A DNA stretch of 64,000 nucleotides from Mobula hypostoma (taxonomy: Eukaryota), in NCBI RefSeq assembly GCF_963921235.1, contig NC_086097.1, positions 25,360,001 through 25,424,000 of the forward strand. Reading direction: 5' to 3'. The translations under genes and the position numbers were made by a program. The notes beneath the pieces are model-generated. The model was not told the DNA's origin and made no database searches. It saw only the letters and a program-made list of their open reading frames with translations. Below, one piece after another: positions 11,786-25,000 of the stretch. The stretch's first letter is position 1. The number at the start of each line of letters is the position of its first letter.

Positions 11786-14016
11786 TCTAATTCACACACA
11801 TACATATATGTAGTAATTTATAGTTTTTATTATTATGAATTACAATGTACTGCTGCCGCAAAGCCACAAATTTTATGACATATGCCAGTGATACTAAACC
11901 TGATTCTGATTCGGATTTATTGTAATTTATAGTTGTTTTAATTATTATGTACTACCACAAAACAACAAATTTCAAGACGTATCCCAGTGATATTATACCT
12001 GATTCTGATTCAGTATAAATATCTAACCTCCAACATCCCCTATACTTTCCTCCAAACACCTTGAAGTTATGCCCCTTACATAAGCTATTTCAGCCCAGGG
12101 TAAAAAGTCTCTGCCTATCCTTTCAATCTATGTCTCTTATCATCGTGTACACCTTTATCAAGTCACTTCTCATCCTCGTTCACTCCAGAGAGTGAAGCCC
12201 TAGCTTGCTCAACCTTCATTTCTCACCTGTCACCTTAACCCTCCACTCTCCAGAATCAAGAATCTCCTGCTCTGGGGAAAAGACTCTGCCCCTCATAATT
12301 TTAAGGTCAGCCCTCAATTTCCAGTGAGAATAAATCCAAACTTGACTTACAAATGGAGCCCTCCGTTCCAGTTAATACCCTGGTGATCTCTTCTACACTC
12401 CAATTCTTCCTCCAGTGTGGTAAACAGCACTTCAGTGCTGAACAATCCATTTCTCCAAACTGAACCATGACACCCCTATCCAGAGCATATTTTGCTTAAG
12501 AAAACATTCCAAGAAATTCACAAAAAGGATGCCAGGGATCCATACCTGAAGAGGAAATGGCTTGAAGCTTGGAAAAGAGAGGGATCTTAAAGATTAGCTT
12601 TATTTTCTAACCATGCTAGTTAGACTTCCCTCCCCACCCCCCACCTCTTTCAATCTATTACCCTTGACACTGCATTGCACTGTAAATACTTTAAGCATTT
12701 TATAATGCTGTTTACATTTTAAATACATGCTGGTATTCAATTATTTATGCACATTTTATTCCATATCTGTACCTTAACCTCTATTTTCATATAATTCTTG
12801 AAACTTTCTAAAATGTTAAATATTGTTTTGTATTGCACATCGCTCCCTAAATATTCACAATACATGTAAATGTATAAGGTGAATAAAATTTATCTATGAT
12901 TTGTCACACGTACATTGAAACATACAATGCAATGCATCATTTGTGTCGACCAACACAGTCCAAGGATTGTGGCGGGCAGCCCGCAAATAGCATAACCACA
13001 ATTTACTAACCATAACCTGTACATCTTGGAATGTGGAAGGAAACTGCAGCTCCCAAAGGAAACCCACACAGTCAGAAATAGAACATACCAACAGTGGCAG
13101 AATTGAACCCAGGACCCTGATGGTATAAGGGGTTATACTAACTATTACACTACCACCAACAGATGGGTTTTCAGCATCCAAGAAACAACGAAGAGAGTGT
13201 TAAAAAGGCTTAGAGCACATATGAACAACAGGACTAACACTTCATGCTAACATTAAAAGTGGGATGAAACGGGAAAAGTGCACACGTCTTCAGTCAGAAG
13301 ACAACCACCTAGGGGAGGATAAAGTATTGCAAAGATACTGTATGTGAAGACAATGGAGGAATTTGTAGAAGACTATAAGCATTTTAATGATAATAAAAGT
13401 CAAAAGTCAGAGTAGTTTATTTATAGGTAAGCACAGATACAATGAAAAACTTACTTGCAGCAGCATCACGGCATTAAAGACACAACATTCTCAAGAAAAA
13501 ACATAAATTATAAATAAATTGAACAAGAACATAATTAGAACCAAAAATATATATAGTTCATTGTTGTGCGATGTGGTCAAAGTGGTCACAGAGTTGCTAT
13601 ACTGAGGTACTGATTCAAGCTTTGTTGGTTGTTTCAAGAACCAAATGGTTGAAGAGAAGTAGCTCTTCTTGAAACTGGTGCTGTGAGACTTCCGTCTTCT
13701 GTCCCTCCAGATGGTAGCTGCGAGACGATGGCATGGTCTGATGGTGGAGATCTTTTGATAACGACGTTGCCTTATTAGGGAATGGTCTATACCTGCCCAT
13801 AACGTCAACAGCTTATTCTCCTCTATCGATGTTGCCTGACTTGCCAAGTCCAGCATTCTGTATTGTAATCCTGCATAGGTCAATAAGGATATGGATGACA
13901 GGCATTTAGTGCAAGTGTAGACATTTTTCCCTGCCTTCACTTTCCAATTTGTTCCTAATATTGAGGAACAAATTGGAATACGGGGGAAATGAGAGGCTGA
14001 AAAAGTAAGAAACAGC

Positions 14017-15548
14017 ATGAAACGTCTCAACCCAAGCAAGGCTGCAGGACCAGATGATGTCAGTACCAGGGTGCTCAAAGCCTGTGCCCCTCAGCTATGT
14101 GGAATACTTCGCCATGTATTCAACCTGAGCCTGAGGCTCCGGAGGGTTCCTGTACTGTGGAAAATGTCCTGCCTCGTCCCTGTGCCAAAGACGCCGCGCC
14201 CCAGCGGCCTCAATGACTATAGACCGGTGGCATGGCCTCCCACATCATGAAGACCCTGGAGAGACTTGTTCTGGAGCTGCTCCAGCCTATGGTCAGACCA
14301 CACTTAGATCCCCTCCAGTTCGCCTACCAGCCCCGACTAGGAGTTGAGGATGCCATCGTCTACTTGCTGAACCGTGTCTATGCCCACCTGGACAAGCCAG
14401 CGAGCACTGTGAGGGTCATGTTTTTTTGACTTCTCCAGTGCGTTCAACACTATCCGCCCTGCTCTGCTGGGGGAGAAGCTGACAGCGATGCAGGTGGATG
14501 TTTCCCTGGTGTCATGGATTCTTGATTGTCTGACTGGCAGACCACAGTACGTGTGCTTGCAACACTGTGTGTCCGACAGAGTGATCAGCAGCACTGGGGC
14601 TCCACAGGGGACTGTCTTGTCTCCCTTTCTCTTCACCATTTACACCTCGGACTTCAACTGCTGCACAGAATCTTGTCATCTTCAGAAGTTTTCTGATGAC
14701 TCTGCCATAGTTGGATGCATCAGCAAGGGAGATGAGGCTGAGTACAGGGCTACGGTAGGAAACTTTGTCACATGGTGTGAGCAGAATTATCTGCAGCTTA
14801 ATGTGAAAAAGACTAAGGAAGACCTGAGGAGAGCTAAGGTACTGGTGACCCCTGTTTCCATCCAGGGAGTCAGTGTGGACAGGGTGGAGGATTACAAATA
14901 CCTAGGGATACAAGTTGACAATAAACTGGACTGGTCAAAGAAGACTGAGGCTGTCTACAAGAAGGGTCAGAGCCGTCTCTATTTCCTGAGGAGATTGAGG
15001 TCCTTTAACATCTGCCGGACGATGCTGAGGATGTTCTACAAGTCTGTGGTGGCCAGTGCTATCATGTTTGCTGTTGTGTGCTGGGGCAGCAAGCTGAGGG
15101 TAGCAGACACCAACAGAATCAACAAACTCATTCGTAAGGCCAGTAATGTTGTGGGGATGGAACTGGACTCTCTGACGGTGGTGTCTGAAAAGAGGATGCT
15201 GTCCAAGTTGCATGCCATCTTGGACAATGTCTCCCATCCACTACATAATGTACTGGGTGGGCACAGGAGTACATTCAGCCAGAGACTCATTCCACCGAGA
15301 TGCAACACAGAGCGTCATAGGAAGTCATTCCTGCCTGTGGCCATCAAACTTTACAACTCCTCCCTTGGAGGGTCAGACACCTTGAGCCAATAGGCTGGTC
15401 CTGGACTTATTTCTTGTCATAATTTACATATTACTATTTAACTATTTATGCTTTTATTACTATTTAATTATTTATGGTGCAACTGTAACGAAAACCAATT
15501 TTCCCCGGGATCAATAAAGTATGACTATGACTATGACTATGACTATGA
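14017..15548 (+). mobile_element. Rex1/Babar LINE, 5'-truncated RT with two frameshifts
   Basis: KAAGPD, LVPVPK, NDYRPVA, DPLQFAY, GAPQG, KFSDD, YKYLG motifs across ORFs 14017/14232/14488; AATAAA plus (TATGAC)n tail. Confidence 0.92.
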
Positions 15549-15756
15549 TTGACCAACGTGGATCAGCTGTTGAAGCTGGGTTAAAGAACCACTAGCAAAG
15601 ATCTCAAGCTCAGGATCTCATGCCACTACACAGCAGGACTAACAAATTCTTCATAAATATACACACTTATCAGAAATTCTAAACCGTTCGATCTGACTTT
15701 CAACTCTCTGCAGTTTCTGTCTCATTTCTCATTTGTCCTCTCAAGAGTTTCCATAA

Positions 15757-16760
15757 GAGTCATGGAGCTGTATAGCTCAGAAATCACATCCATGCCCATC
15801 TTTTTGACCATCTACAGCAATCCCATTTGCCTGCATTAGGACAATGTCCTCCTATGCTTTGCAAAAGTCTGATAAAAATAGTGATTGTATCCCATTCTAC
15901 GACATATTCAAGTAGTATTCCAGATATTAACAAATTGCTGTGTAAAATAAAAACTCTCTCCTCAAAGCTTCTTTAAAATTCCTTCCTCTCACCTTTAACC
16001 TATATTCTTTTGTTTTTAATACCCCACAATGAGTAATTGTGATTAATTACGCAAGATTTTGATCAAGACAATTAGATCACACAAGCAACATACATCAAAG
16101 TTGCTGGTGAACGCAGCAGGCCAAGCAGCATCTATAGGAAGAGGCGCAGTCGACGTTTCAGGCCGAGACCCTTCGTCAAGACACACAAGATCAAGACTTG
16201 CTTAAAACTTCCAGCAACTTACGTATCTCTTGTGTTTCTGATTAATTACTCTATCCACAACTATTATAATTTTATGTACCTCCATTAAGGTCACTCCTCA
16301 ATCTCTTCACTCCAGGGAAAACAAACATCGCCTATGTAATCTCTCTGCATAACTAAAATCCTCCGATCTTGGTGAATCTTCTCTCACACTCTCCAGTGTA
16401 ACAATACCCTTCCTATAGTGAGGTGATCAGAACTACACACAACACTTCAAGTGTAGTTTAACCAGCATTTAGTAACATTGTAAAATTATGTCCTAACTTT
16501 TGTATTGCATGCCCCAACCTATGAAGGCAAACATGGCTTCTCCACCAGCTTATCTATAATTTTTGCACTTTCAGGGATCTACGGACTTGCACCCTAAGGT
16601 CCAACTATTCACCAACATTCTCTACTACTCTATCATTCACTGTATAAGCACTATCCCTATTTGACTGCCCAAAATACATCAACCCATACTTGTCAGGATT
16701 AAATTCCATGCGTCAACGCTCTGCCCTACTTTCCATCTGATATATATCCTTGCTGTAGCT
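15757..16760 (-). mobile_element. Old CR1 fragment interrupted by small nested insertions (16051-16238)
   Basis: Reverse CR1 ORF2 motifs; internal direct repeats mark the insertions. Confidence 0.65.
16086..16181 (-). mobile_element. 96-bp Penelope terminal fragment with hammerhead motif and 8-bp TSD
   Basis: CACACAAG at 16078-16085 and 16182-16189; minus strand reads tgacgaagggtctcggcctgaaacgtcgac. Confidence 0.8.
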
Positions 16761-19627
16761 TTGGAAACCTTCAAATTTTGATTTGGAAGCAAATGGAGAG
16801 AAGGTATCTATGAGTTTAGCTAATGTTTAGCTCTTGATTACATTGACTCTCTGAGTGACAGCTCAATACAGGAGATCACCTAAAATGAGAACATTTATGA
16901 CATGCATGAAGTACCAATCTAGTACTACGAGCAATTGCTTTCATCCATACTGATCTTCAGAGGGTACAGAAGAAGCAGTAAATATAATTTCAAGTCTCAG
17001 AACTAGATGAAGGAACCAAAATTGTTTCTGCTGGAGATAATTTTGAGATGACTTTGATTTTATTGGGACAAGTAACAGCTCAACGTGCCAAAGGACATCA
17101 GGCAAACGTTTGCAAGTACAAAAAAAGAAGCTGACAGAAGTATATCTGTCTAGAGGATAAATGTCAGAGATTTTTACCAATACAGGCAGCAAAGATGGGA
17201 CTCTAAAGAATAACTTCAATGCATTTCAGGAGAAAGACAGAATTGCAGAATATAGTGATGTGGCAAGTAGCTAGGATCAATACTAGAAGATGGTGCTAGC
17301 TTTATTCCTGATTCCTAAAAAATTCTGTACTTATGTGATTCAGATTGCTGCTTTGCAAAAGGATCTGGTTTTAGTCTTCTTTAACAGTGTCATGCCCTGT
17401 AAAAATATCCTTTCTTCTTCCACCTTTGAAGCTTGAGCTATTCTCTGTGCTGAATATCTTCTGCAGCAAAAAAAATTATCTAATCCGTATCAGATTATGC
17501 TAAACAAGTTCAACAGTGGATTTCAACAATTTCAACAGTTCAAGGATTTCTCTATAGGTTTTACTCATTAAACTCAAAGGTGTTAGTTTATTATAATGTA
17601 TGTTAAAGAAGGACTTTATTAAGCTATCTTTAGATGTAATAATTATATAGTATACTAAAATAACGATCCACTCACTGTAAGCAGCAGGTTGTTATTCTCC
17701 ACAAGCCAATACATTCATTGTAGCTCCTGCTATTTGTATTTTTCTTGCACTGTTGCTCCTCTTTTATCAAAAGGCAATTACTTTTGTTTTTGTTTAACTT
17801 CTAACTCAGATAATCAATCCATTCCTGAGGGAGTCCATGATCTTTAAGATTTGAAAACATTTTTTGAAAATAAAGCAGAGATCATCAATATTCATATTTC
17901 ACTGCAAGCACAGTGTCGGGGCCACTTTCCTCTGTTACTTCAGCAAAGAGAAGTGTTGAAGAAGTCTCGTGAGTAGCAGGTACAGCCAGCAGCCTCAGTT
18001 TGGTAAGGTGATGGATGAGCTGCAAATCGTGTGCTTTTATTTGACCTGGAGAAGGTTGCGGTTCTAATTGTTACAATTGCACTCATCCAGACACATTCCT
18101 ATCACATTCATCACTTGTAAATTGCAGATGGTGCAAAGGATTTGGGGATCATGAAAGCACATTACTTGCCTTGCCGGATGACTTCAAAAACACAAAATTT
18201 TCTAAAACATGTACAAGTTAATAATCACAAAACACATTATGATTAACTTGAGATAAAAAGTGCAACATTATATTCCATCTGGATAATGAAGGGCCCCTCC
18301 ATCTCCTTGTGGCCCTTGCATTTTATCTGTCTACCTGCACTGCACTTTCTCTGTAACAGCAAAACTATATCCTCAGTCCTGACGAGGGGTCTTGATTCAA
18401 AACATTGACTGTCCATTTCCATTAATAACTTTCTGTTGGTAAGCAGCTCCCTATACCCCACATCCTTTTTCAACCATCTTAGCATTGTAGAATTGCTCAA
18501 GATTCATGCTATACTGCAGGAAGCCAGTTTAAGTATTTATAAACTACTCCTTCATGCAAGTTGAGATTTAAAAACTTGACTTTAGTAATTATCATGATTC
18601 TTTTATAGATGCATCATCCTATCCAAGATGTATCACACCTTCGTATGCCAACAGCTCTGACCATGACCACGAGAAACTGGAGAGTTGTGAACACATCTCA
18701 GCCTATCACACAAACAAGCTGTCCATCAATTGACTCCATCTACATTTTCCACTGCCTTCGGAAAGCAGCCAACGTAACCAAGGACCCCTTTAACTTCTCG
18801 TGGCCTTTGCATCTTATTTGTCTACCTGCACTGCGCTTTTCTCATAGCTTAAATTTTCCTTTGCTTGTTTGTATTTTTAAATAATTACCAATATATGTGT
18901 AATTGCTGTGAACTTTCAAATAATTGTAGTACAGCTCTTTCTGTATTTTTCTAGAAACTTCTTTCTAGACACTTGTAAATCTGAAACAAATGTCATGTCA
19001 CTTGAATCTGGCTACTTTATAGGTTAATTGTTATCATTGGAATGTTGTTATCTTTTTAGTCAGTGCTAGTCTTTGTATATGGCGACCACGATGACTTTGT
19101 TTTTTTTCTCTTCTTTCTTTGTTCTTGTAACACTTAATAAAACGGCCATAACCACCAAGTTTTATGCCTGATTTCTGAATTCCGAACCGCTGGATTGCCA
19201 AACTCACTAGCATCCAACACTACAGCTAAGCCAAGTTGGGATTTGTTGTGAAGCAGTCAAAAGGAAAGTTGAAAATTTTTTCAACATCATGAATCATATG
19301 AGACAAACACTTTTTTTAAATGAAGGATGATTGGAGTAAAAAGGAAAGCCATTTACTAACCCGTCCTTTGCTGATGAAGCCTGCTGTTCTCATTTTAGAG
19401 TTGCACAGGGTTGACAGAACAATAACAGGCTTTCAGCCTAATTAGTTTGTGCTGGTGTTTACACTCCAAATGAGCCTTCTCTCGTGCTACTTCATCATAC
19501 CAGCAGCATGTCCTACCATCACTTCCTCTCGTACTCCAACAATATCCCATTAAATGTATTTCTGTTATTCACTCAAATCCTTGCTAAAGCCATTTCCAGC
19601 TGCACTTTGGATTAGACATTTCCCCTC

Positions 19628-20585
19628 AAAACAAGAGATTGTGCAGACGTTGGAAATCTTGAGCAGCATACGCAAAATGCTGAAGGTTATCACGACAACT
19701 AACAGCACCAGCAATCACATTCGGGCTTCAGTTCCCGCCACCGCCTGTGACGAATTTGTATGTTCTCCCCGTGACCATGTGGGTTTCCTCAGGGCTCTCA
19801 GATTTCCTCCGGCATTCCAGGAACATATAGGTTAATGAGTTATGGACATGCTGAGATGTCGCCAAAAGTATGGTGACACTTGCAGGCTGTCCCCAGCACA
19901 TTCCAAGTACTGTGTTGATCATTGCATTTCACTGTATGTTTCGATGTTTCAACGTACAAGCGACAAATAAAGTCAATCTTTAAGCTTTAATCAAGTCAGG
20001 CAGCATCAATGGAGGGGAATAAATAGTTGACATTTCAGGCTGAGACCCTTCATCAGCACTGGAAAGGAAGGGGGAAAAGCCAGAATAAGGAGGTGGGGGC
20101 TGGAGGGCAAGGAGGACAAGCTGGCAGTGATTGGTGAAACCAGGTGAGGGGAAACGTGGATGGGTGGGGCAGGAAGAATGAAATAAGAAGTTGGGAAGAG
20201 ATAGGTGGAAAAGGTAAAGGACTGAAGAAGTAATCTGATAAAAGAGGAGAAGCTGATGCGAGAAAGGTAAGGAGGAGAAGAACCAAAGGGGGGAGATGGG
20301 CAGGTGATGAAACAGAGTAACCAGAAAGGGGAATGGAAAAAGAGAGAAGGAGAGAGGGGAAAGAAATTACCAGAAGTTGGAGAAATCAATGCTCATGCAA
20401 CCAGGTTGGAGGCTACCCAGACAGAAAATGAGGTGTCGTTCCTCCAACCTGTCTTTGAGCTCATCATGGCAGTAGAGGAGGCCACAAACAGACATATCAG
20501 AATGGGAAAGGTAAGTCAAATTGAAATGGGTGGCCACCATGAGACTCCATCTTTTGTGAAAGTCTGAGAGGAGACACTTGACAAA
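19628..20585 (-). mobile_element. Penelope-like element 3' part, split by a V-SINE (about 19684-19990)
   Basis: Collinear with 42356-42900; hammerhead motif at 20024-20061. Confidence 0.8.
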
Positions 20586-20695
20586 GACACTACCCCTGAA
20601 GGAACTGCTGACAACATCTCAAAGACCTTTCACAGAGCCACCAGCATCAAAGGGACCCCGAAGTGGTTAATCATTCCGTCACCTTGTATACGTAC

Positions 20696-20755
20696 TTTCA
20701 TTTCAGCCAGCCAGCGATGGGGATCATTTTCTAATCCAGGTGTAAGCGTTATTGC
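20696..20755 (-). CDS. CEP128: CEP128 internal coding exon (60 nt, phase 0-0): AITLTPGLENDPHRWLAEMK
   Basis: tttctttgcag acceptor, AAA|gtacgt donor. DPHRWLAE motif of CEP128; joins in frame to the 4920-5112 exon. Confidence 0.92.
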
Positions 20756-21164
20756 CTGCAAAGAAAATTAGATTGCAGTTTGTTTATTAACAGAAGAGAT
20801 TGTATATGGAAAGAATGATTGTTTAAAAGAAACTATTATCCAGGTGGCAGATTCATACAGTTTATAAACTAAATTAATTAGGTCTATGATTTTCAAGCAT
20901 GAACAATGTTCGATTTTCTGCTGGAGTCTAGAGACACAATGTCAGAGAAGCTTAAACACACAGATAGCTTTCCGGAGGTAACCAGTGTTCAAACTCTCAC
21001 CAATTCTAGCTGTTCACATCATTTTTCATCACTTTCGTTGTTACCATGCAGGAAAAAATGGGATTTGCTAGTCATTCAGTCACGAGTTACTCCCGCACTG
21101 CTGAGTGCCATTTGTATCTTCAAAGGCTGATTTGCCTTGCATGCGCCATCTCAGCAGCGCATAC

Positions 21165-21246
21165 CTGTCCACAGTGCAGTCAGTGCTGCGGACACCATCA
21201 AGGTGCGTGGCGGGAGTTATAGGGAGGGCGATTGAATCAGTGGGCA
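21165..21246 (-). other. Candidate 82-nt cassette/poison exon in a CEP128 intron
   Basis: Branch-like TTAAT at about -28, T-rich tract ending tcag, donor CAG|gtatgc. In-frame TAA at codon 10. Lies in non-repetitive DNA. Confidence 0.3.
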
Positions 21247-21539
21247 CTGATGACAATACAAATCAAAAAAATATTAACAGCACAGCTCACCATCGTCAAG
21301 CAACTCACAATGCTTCAGATATAATGATCTGCTTTCAAAAAGTAATTTTGCTGCTCAAACAGCAACCATTTCATGCACAGCAAGATCACACAACAGCAGA
21401 GAGAGATGAAGGACCAGCTGGAAGGTAGCTAAAACAGCATGCTGGAGTTGTTTATGAACAGTGACTGGAATACAGTTCATTGTTAACCATTTCCTTTTCC
21501 AATCTGACCCAACTTATAAATTTATCACGTGCACTATTC

Positions 21540-21885
21540 CACCTTTAGAAGAATGAGGGGGGTGGTTGTCATTGAAACCTATCGTAGGGGAATCACCTAG
21601 CATAGGGGAATCTAGAATTTGAGGGCACAGCCTCAGAAATTCCTCCTCATAAGGAGGAATTTCTTAGTCGGAAGGTTGTGAATCTTTGGAATTCATTGCT
21701 ACAGACAGTTGTGAAGGCCAAGTCTTTGGGGATTTTTAAAGTGGAGGTTGATCAGCTCTTGATTATATAGGCGACAAAGGTTACAGGGAGAAGGCAAGAG
21801 AATGGAGTTACCAGGAATAATAAATCAGCCATGATGGAATGGCAGAACAGACTCAATTGGCCAAATGGATTAAGTCATTTGATAT
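21540..21885 (+). mobile_element. CR1 3' fragment
   Basis: tttagaagaatgagggg, gaggaatttctt, ggttacagggagaaggc, cagccatgatggaatggc. Confidence 0.75.
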
Positions 21886-22014
21886 TGGATTCACATACCA
21901 AATATTACTGACTATTAATTAAACAATTCTGTTCTTGTGTCTTTACATTATGCTTCAGACATGACAGTGCTACTGAGCACAGTGCATTACTGTTGAACAA
22001 TTAACAATAAATAA

Positions 22015-25000
22015 TAAAGATAGGTTTTATTTGTCTCATGTACCTCAAGACATACAGTGAAATGCATCATTTGTATGAAATCAAATCAGCAAGGATTGTG
22101 GTAGGCAGCCCCTAAGAGTCACCACCCTTCCAGCACCAATATAGCATGCCACAGCTTACAAACCCTAAACTGTACAACTTTAGAATGTGGAAGAAACTGG
22201 AGGACCCAGAGGAAACCTACGTATTTGAACTTGGAACTCCTTAACAGGAAGTACACATTCATTGGTGTCAGTGTGAAGATAACAAGGAGCTCATATAAAA
22301 AAAACTCCACTGATAGAAATGGTGTTTCAAATGATAAACTATTTTCAGGTGCAATTTAGGATTACTGTGTCCTATGAGTCTTACAGTTGTATTTAAATAT
22401 CCCATAATGAAATTATTTAAACAAGGGTTAAACATAGAACCTAAAAACTGGAGTAACAAACAATCTGTTGGAGGAGTTCAAAAAGTTGAACAGCATCAGT
22501 GAAGGGTGAAGGAACTGTTGACATTTCGAACCCCATGTAGGAAGCCGCAAAGGAGGATGAGAGGTAACTTGATAGAGGTGCACAAGATGACAATAGACAC
22601 AAGACCCTGGGTGGAAATGGCTAATACATAGTATAGTGGCTAGCATAAAGCCTACAACTGAGGTTCAATTACCACAAGTGGCTGTAAGGGACATGTACAT
22701 TCTCACTGTTACTGCATGCGTTTCCTCCTGATGCTCTGGTTTGCTTACACATTCCAAAGACATATGGATTAGTAAGTTATAAGCATTTTCTATGTTGGCA
22801 CCAGAGGCATGGCGACACTTTCAGCATATCCGCATACATCATCTGACTGTTGGTCGTTGATGCAAACAACGCATTTCACTATATGTTTCAATAGTTCGAT
22901 GTACATGTAATAAATAAAGCACATCTCCCATTGGGAAACTGGGGCCTCCATTGACCTAATATGGCAGCCACTTCTCCTGTGTCATTTGCAAGCACAATCA
23001 CAACATCACCGTGCACAATGCTCATGTTTGCTCCACCTACAGAAACTGGACTGACAATCCACAACCTACAACTTCCATTTTTAAGTCATGGTGAAAGTCA
23101 GTGCCCATGCCTGAATTAAATGATATCGGCTGGGACGTTGTTGCTTTGGTCGCTGACTACTAAGAACATTTGCACTCAAGATGTAGACTATAATCGCTGA
23201 CTCTGTGGTGATCCCATACTTCACGATGATTTTCTGCCATTTACAGCACAGGGTCCCTTACAGGGTCTCCTCAAAGCACCATGCTCCCTATTGACACCCT
23301 GTTTTCCTTCACCTCCAGGGCAGCCTTTGCCTTCTATATCATGGCTGACATCCAGAGTGTACTTTAAAGCTCTGACTCATTTACCATAGTCAATGTGGGA
23401 GAAAGGACTGAAGGTTGGCTTTATTTGTCACATGTACCTTGACACTAGAAATATACAGTAAAAGGTTTCTTTTGCATCAATGACCAACACAGTCCGAGGA
23501 TGTGCTGGACAGCCCCTAAGTGCCTCCACACTTCTGGTGCCAACATAGCGTGCCCACAACTTATTAACCCTAACCTGTACGTCTTTGGAATGTGGGAGGA
23601 AAATGGAGCACTTGAAAGAAACCCATGTAATCATGGGGAGAACATACAAACCCTCTAAGACAACAGCAGTAATTGAAGCCCGATCACGATCACTGGCACT
23701 GCAAAACAAGATGCTAATCACTACACAATCTTGCCACCCTGCTCCACAGCCGCAAACTTTCCTTAAACTATTATCTCAACATTTGTTTTTGGGGCAGCGT
23801 GTTACTGTAGCCGTGAGCATATTGCTTTTATGGTGCCAGCAATCTGGGATTGATTCCATTGCTTTCTGGAACGACTTTGTGCATTCAACCCATGACTGCA
23901 TGGATTTCCTCTCGTGCTCCGGTTTCCTCCCACATCCCAAATACATACAGGTTAGTAGATTAATTGACCCACATTGGTGTAATTGGACGGAGAGGGTTCA
24001 TTGGGCTAGATGGGCCTGTTACGGTGCTATATCTCTAAATAAAGTAATAAGTAAAAATGTTCAGGCAACAAGTTTAATAAAGAAATAAGGGTGAAAAACA
24101 CACCACCTATTTTTTCTACTGGATCTTCCCCAGTTTAGCTATTTATTATAAATCCATCTGGGCATTAGGGATTATCGCAGAACCCAAATAGAACAGCAAA
24201 AGAGAATGAAATCTAAATTCTCAGCACAGCTCCATTGCAATAAGAGATGACTTAGCACCCTCTGGTGGAACAAACTGAGTGAGCATCAGTGCTCAGATGG
24301 AAGAACTGCAGGAGATTAACAGGAGAAGAGGCAATGAAACACAATTTCACTGCCGGCAGAGTTCATACTCTGAAAATCAAAGAGCTGATAATGTGAACGT
24401 CTTGAATAAAAACATCAAAATAAAAACCCATTACTTCATTCATCATTCACGATACAGCGCTGCCAACTGATGATTTATAGCGCCACGACAGAATTGAAAG
24501 ATGCTCAAAATAAAATATGCACATTGAGGAACAGGCTGCTACAGGAATGAAAGCAGCAAGATTATTTATATGATCTGCACTTGAGTCAAAATGAGATAAA
24601 ATGAATGGACAAAGTACTTATACAGACAGAAATGAGGAGGAGGGCGAAATGGCTGTTTATTGTACACATGATTCTATTGGCCAACACTGTTTTCCTGCTT
24701 GAGAAATGAAATCTATTGATGCAAGTATGGCAAGGGAATAAATTTTGATAAGAATGCTTTATAATTTACTGGGCTATGTTATACTGACATTAGCTGGCAA
24801 GTCCACAGAGAACTGCTGAGTAGTTACAGTACACTCATATCAGTGCAAGCTGGGCCCACTATCCTTTAACACCACTGGTTACAAAAACTGAAGGGGCAGA
24901 GGTTCAAGGCAAGCAACAGAAGTTCCTTTCATCAGGAATTGTAAGTTCATTCCCCACTACCATGTGCTGACAATATAAAGTGTATTTTAGTTCTGGCTAC

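Noticed and set aside
16990..17125. Peptide ELDEGTKIVSAGDNFEMTLIL vaguely like the EF-Tu C-terminus
   Set aside because: Short, bounded by stops, with no flanking similarity; probably chance or a very old LINE.
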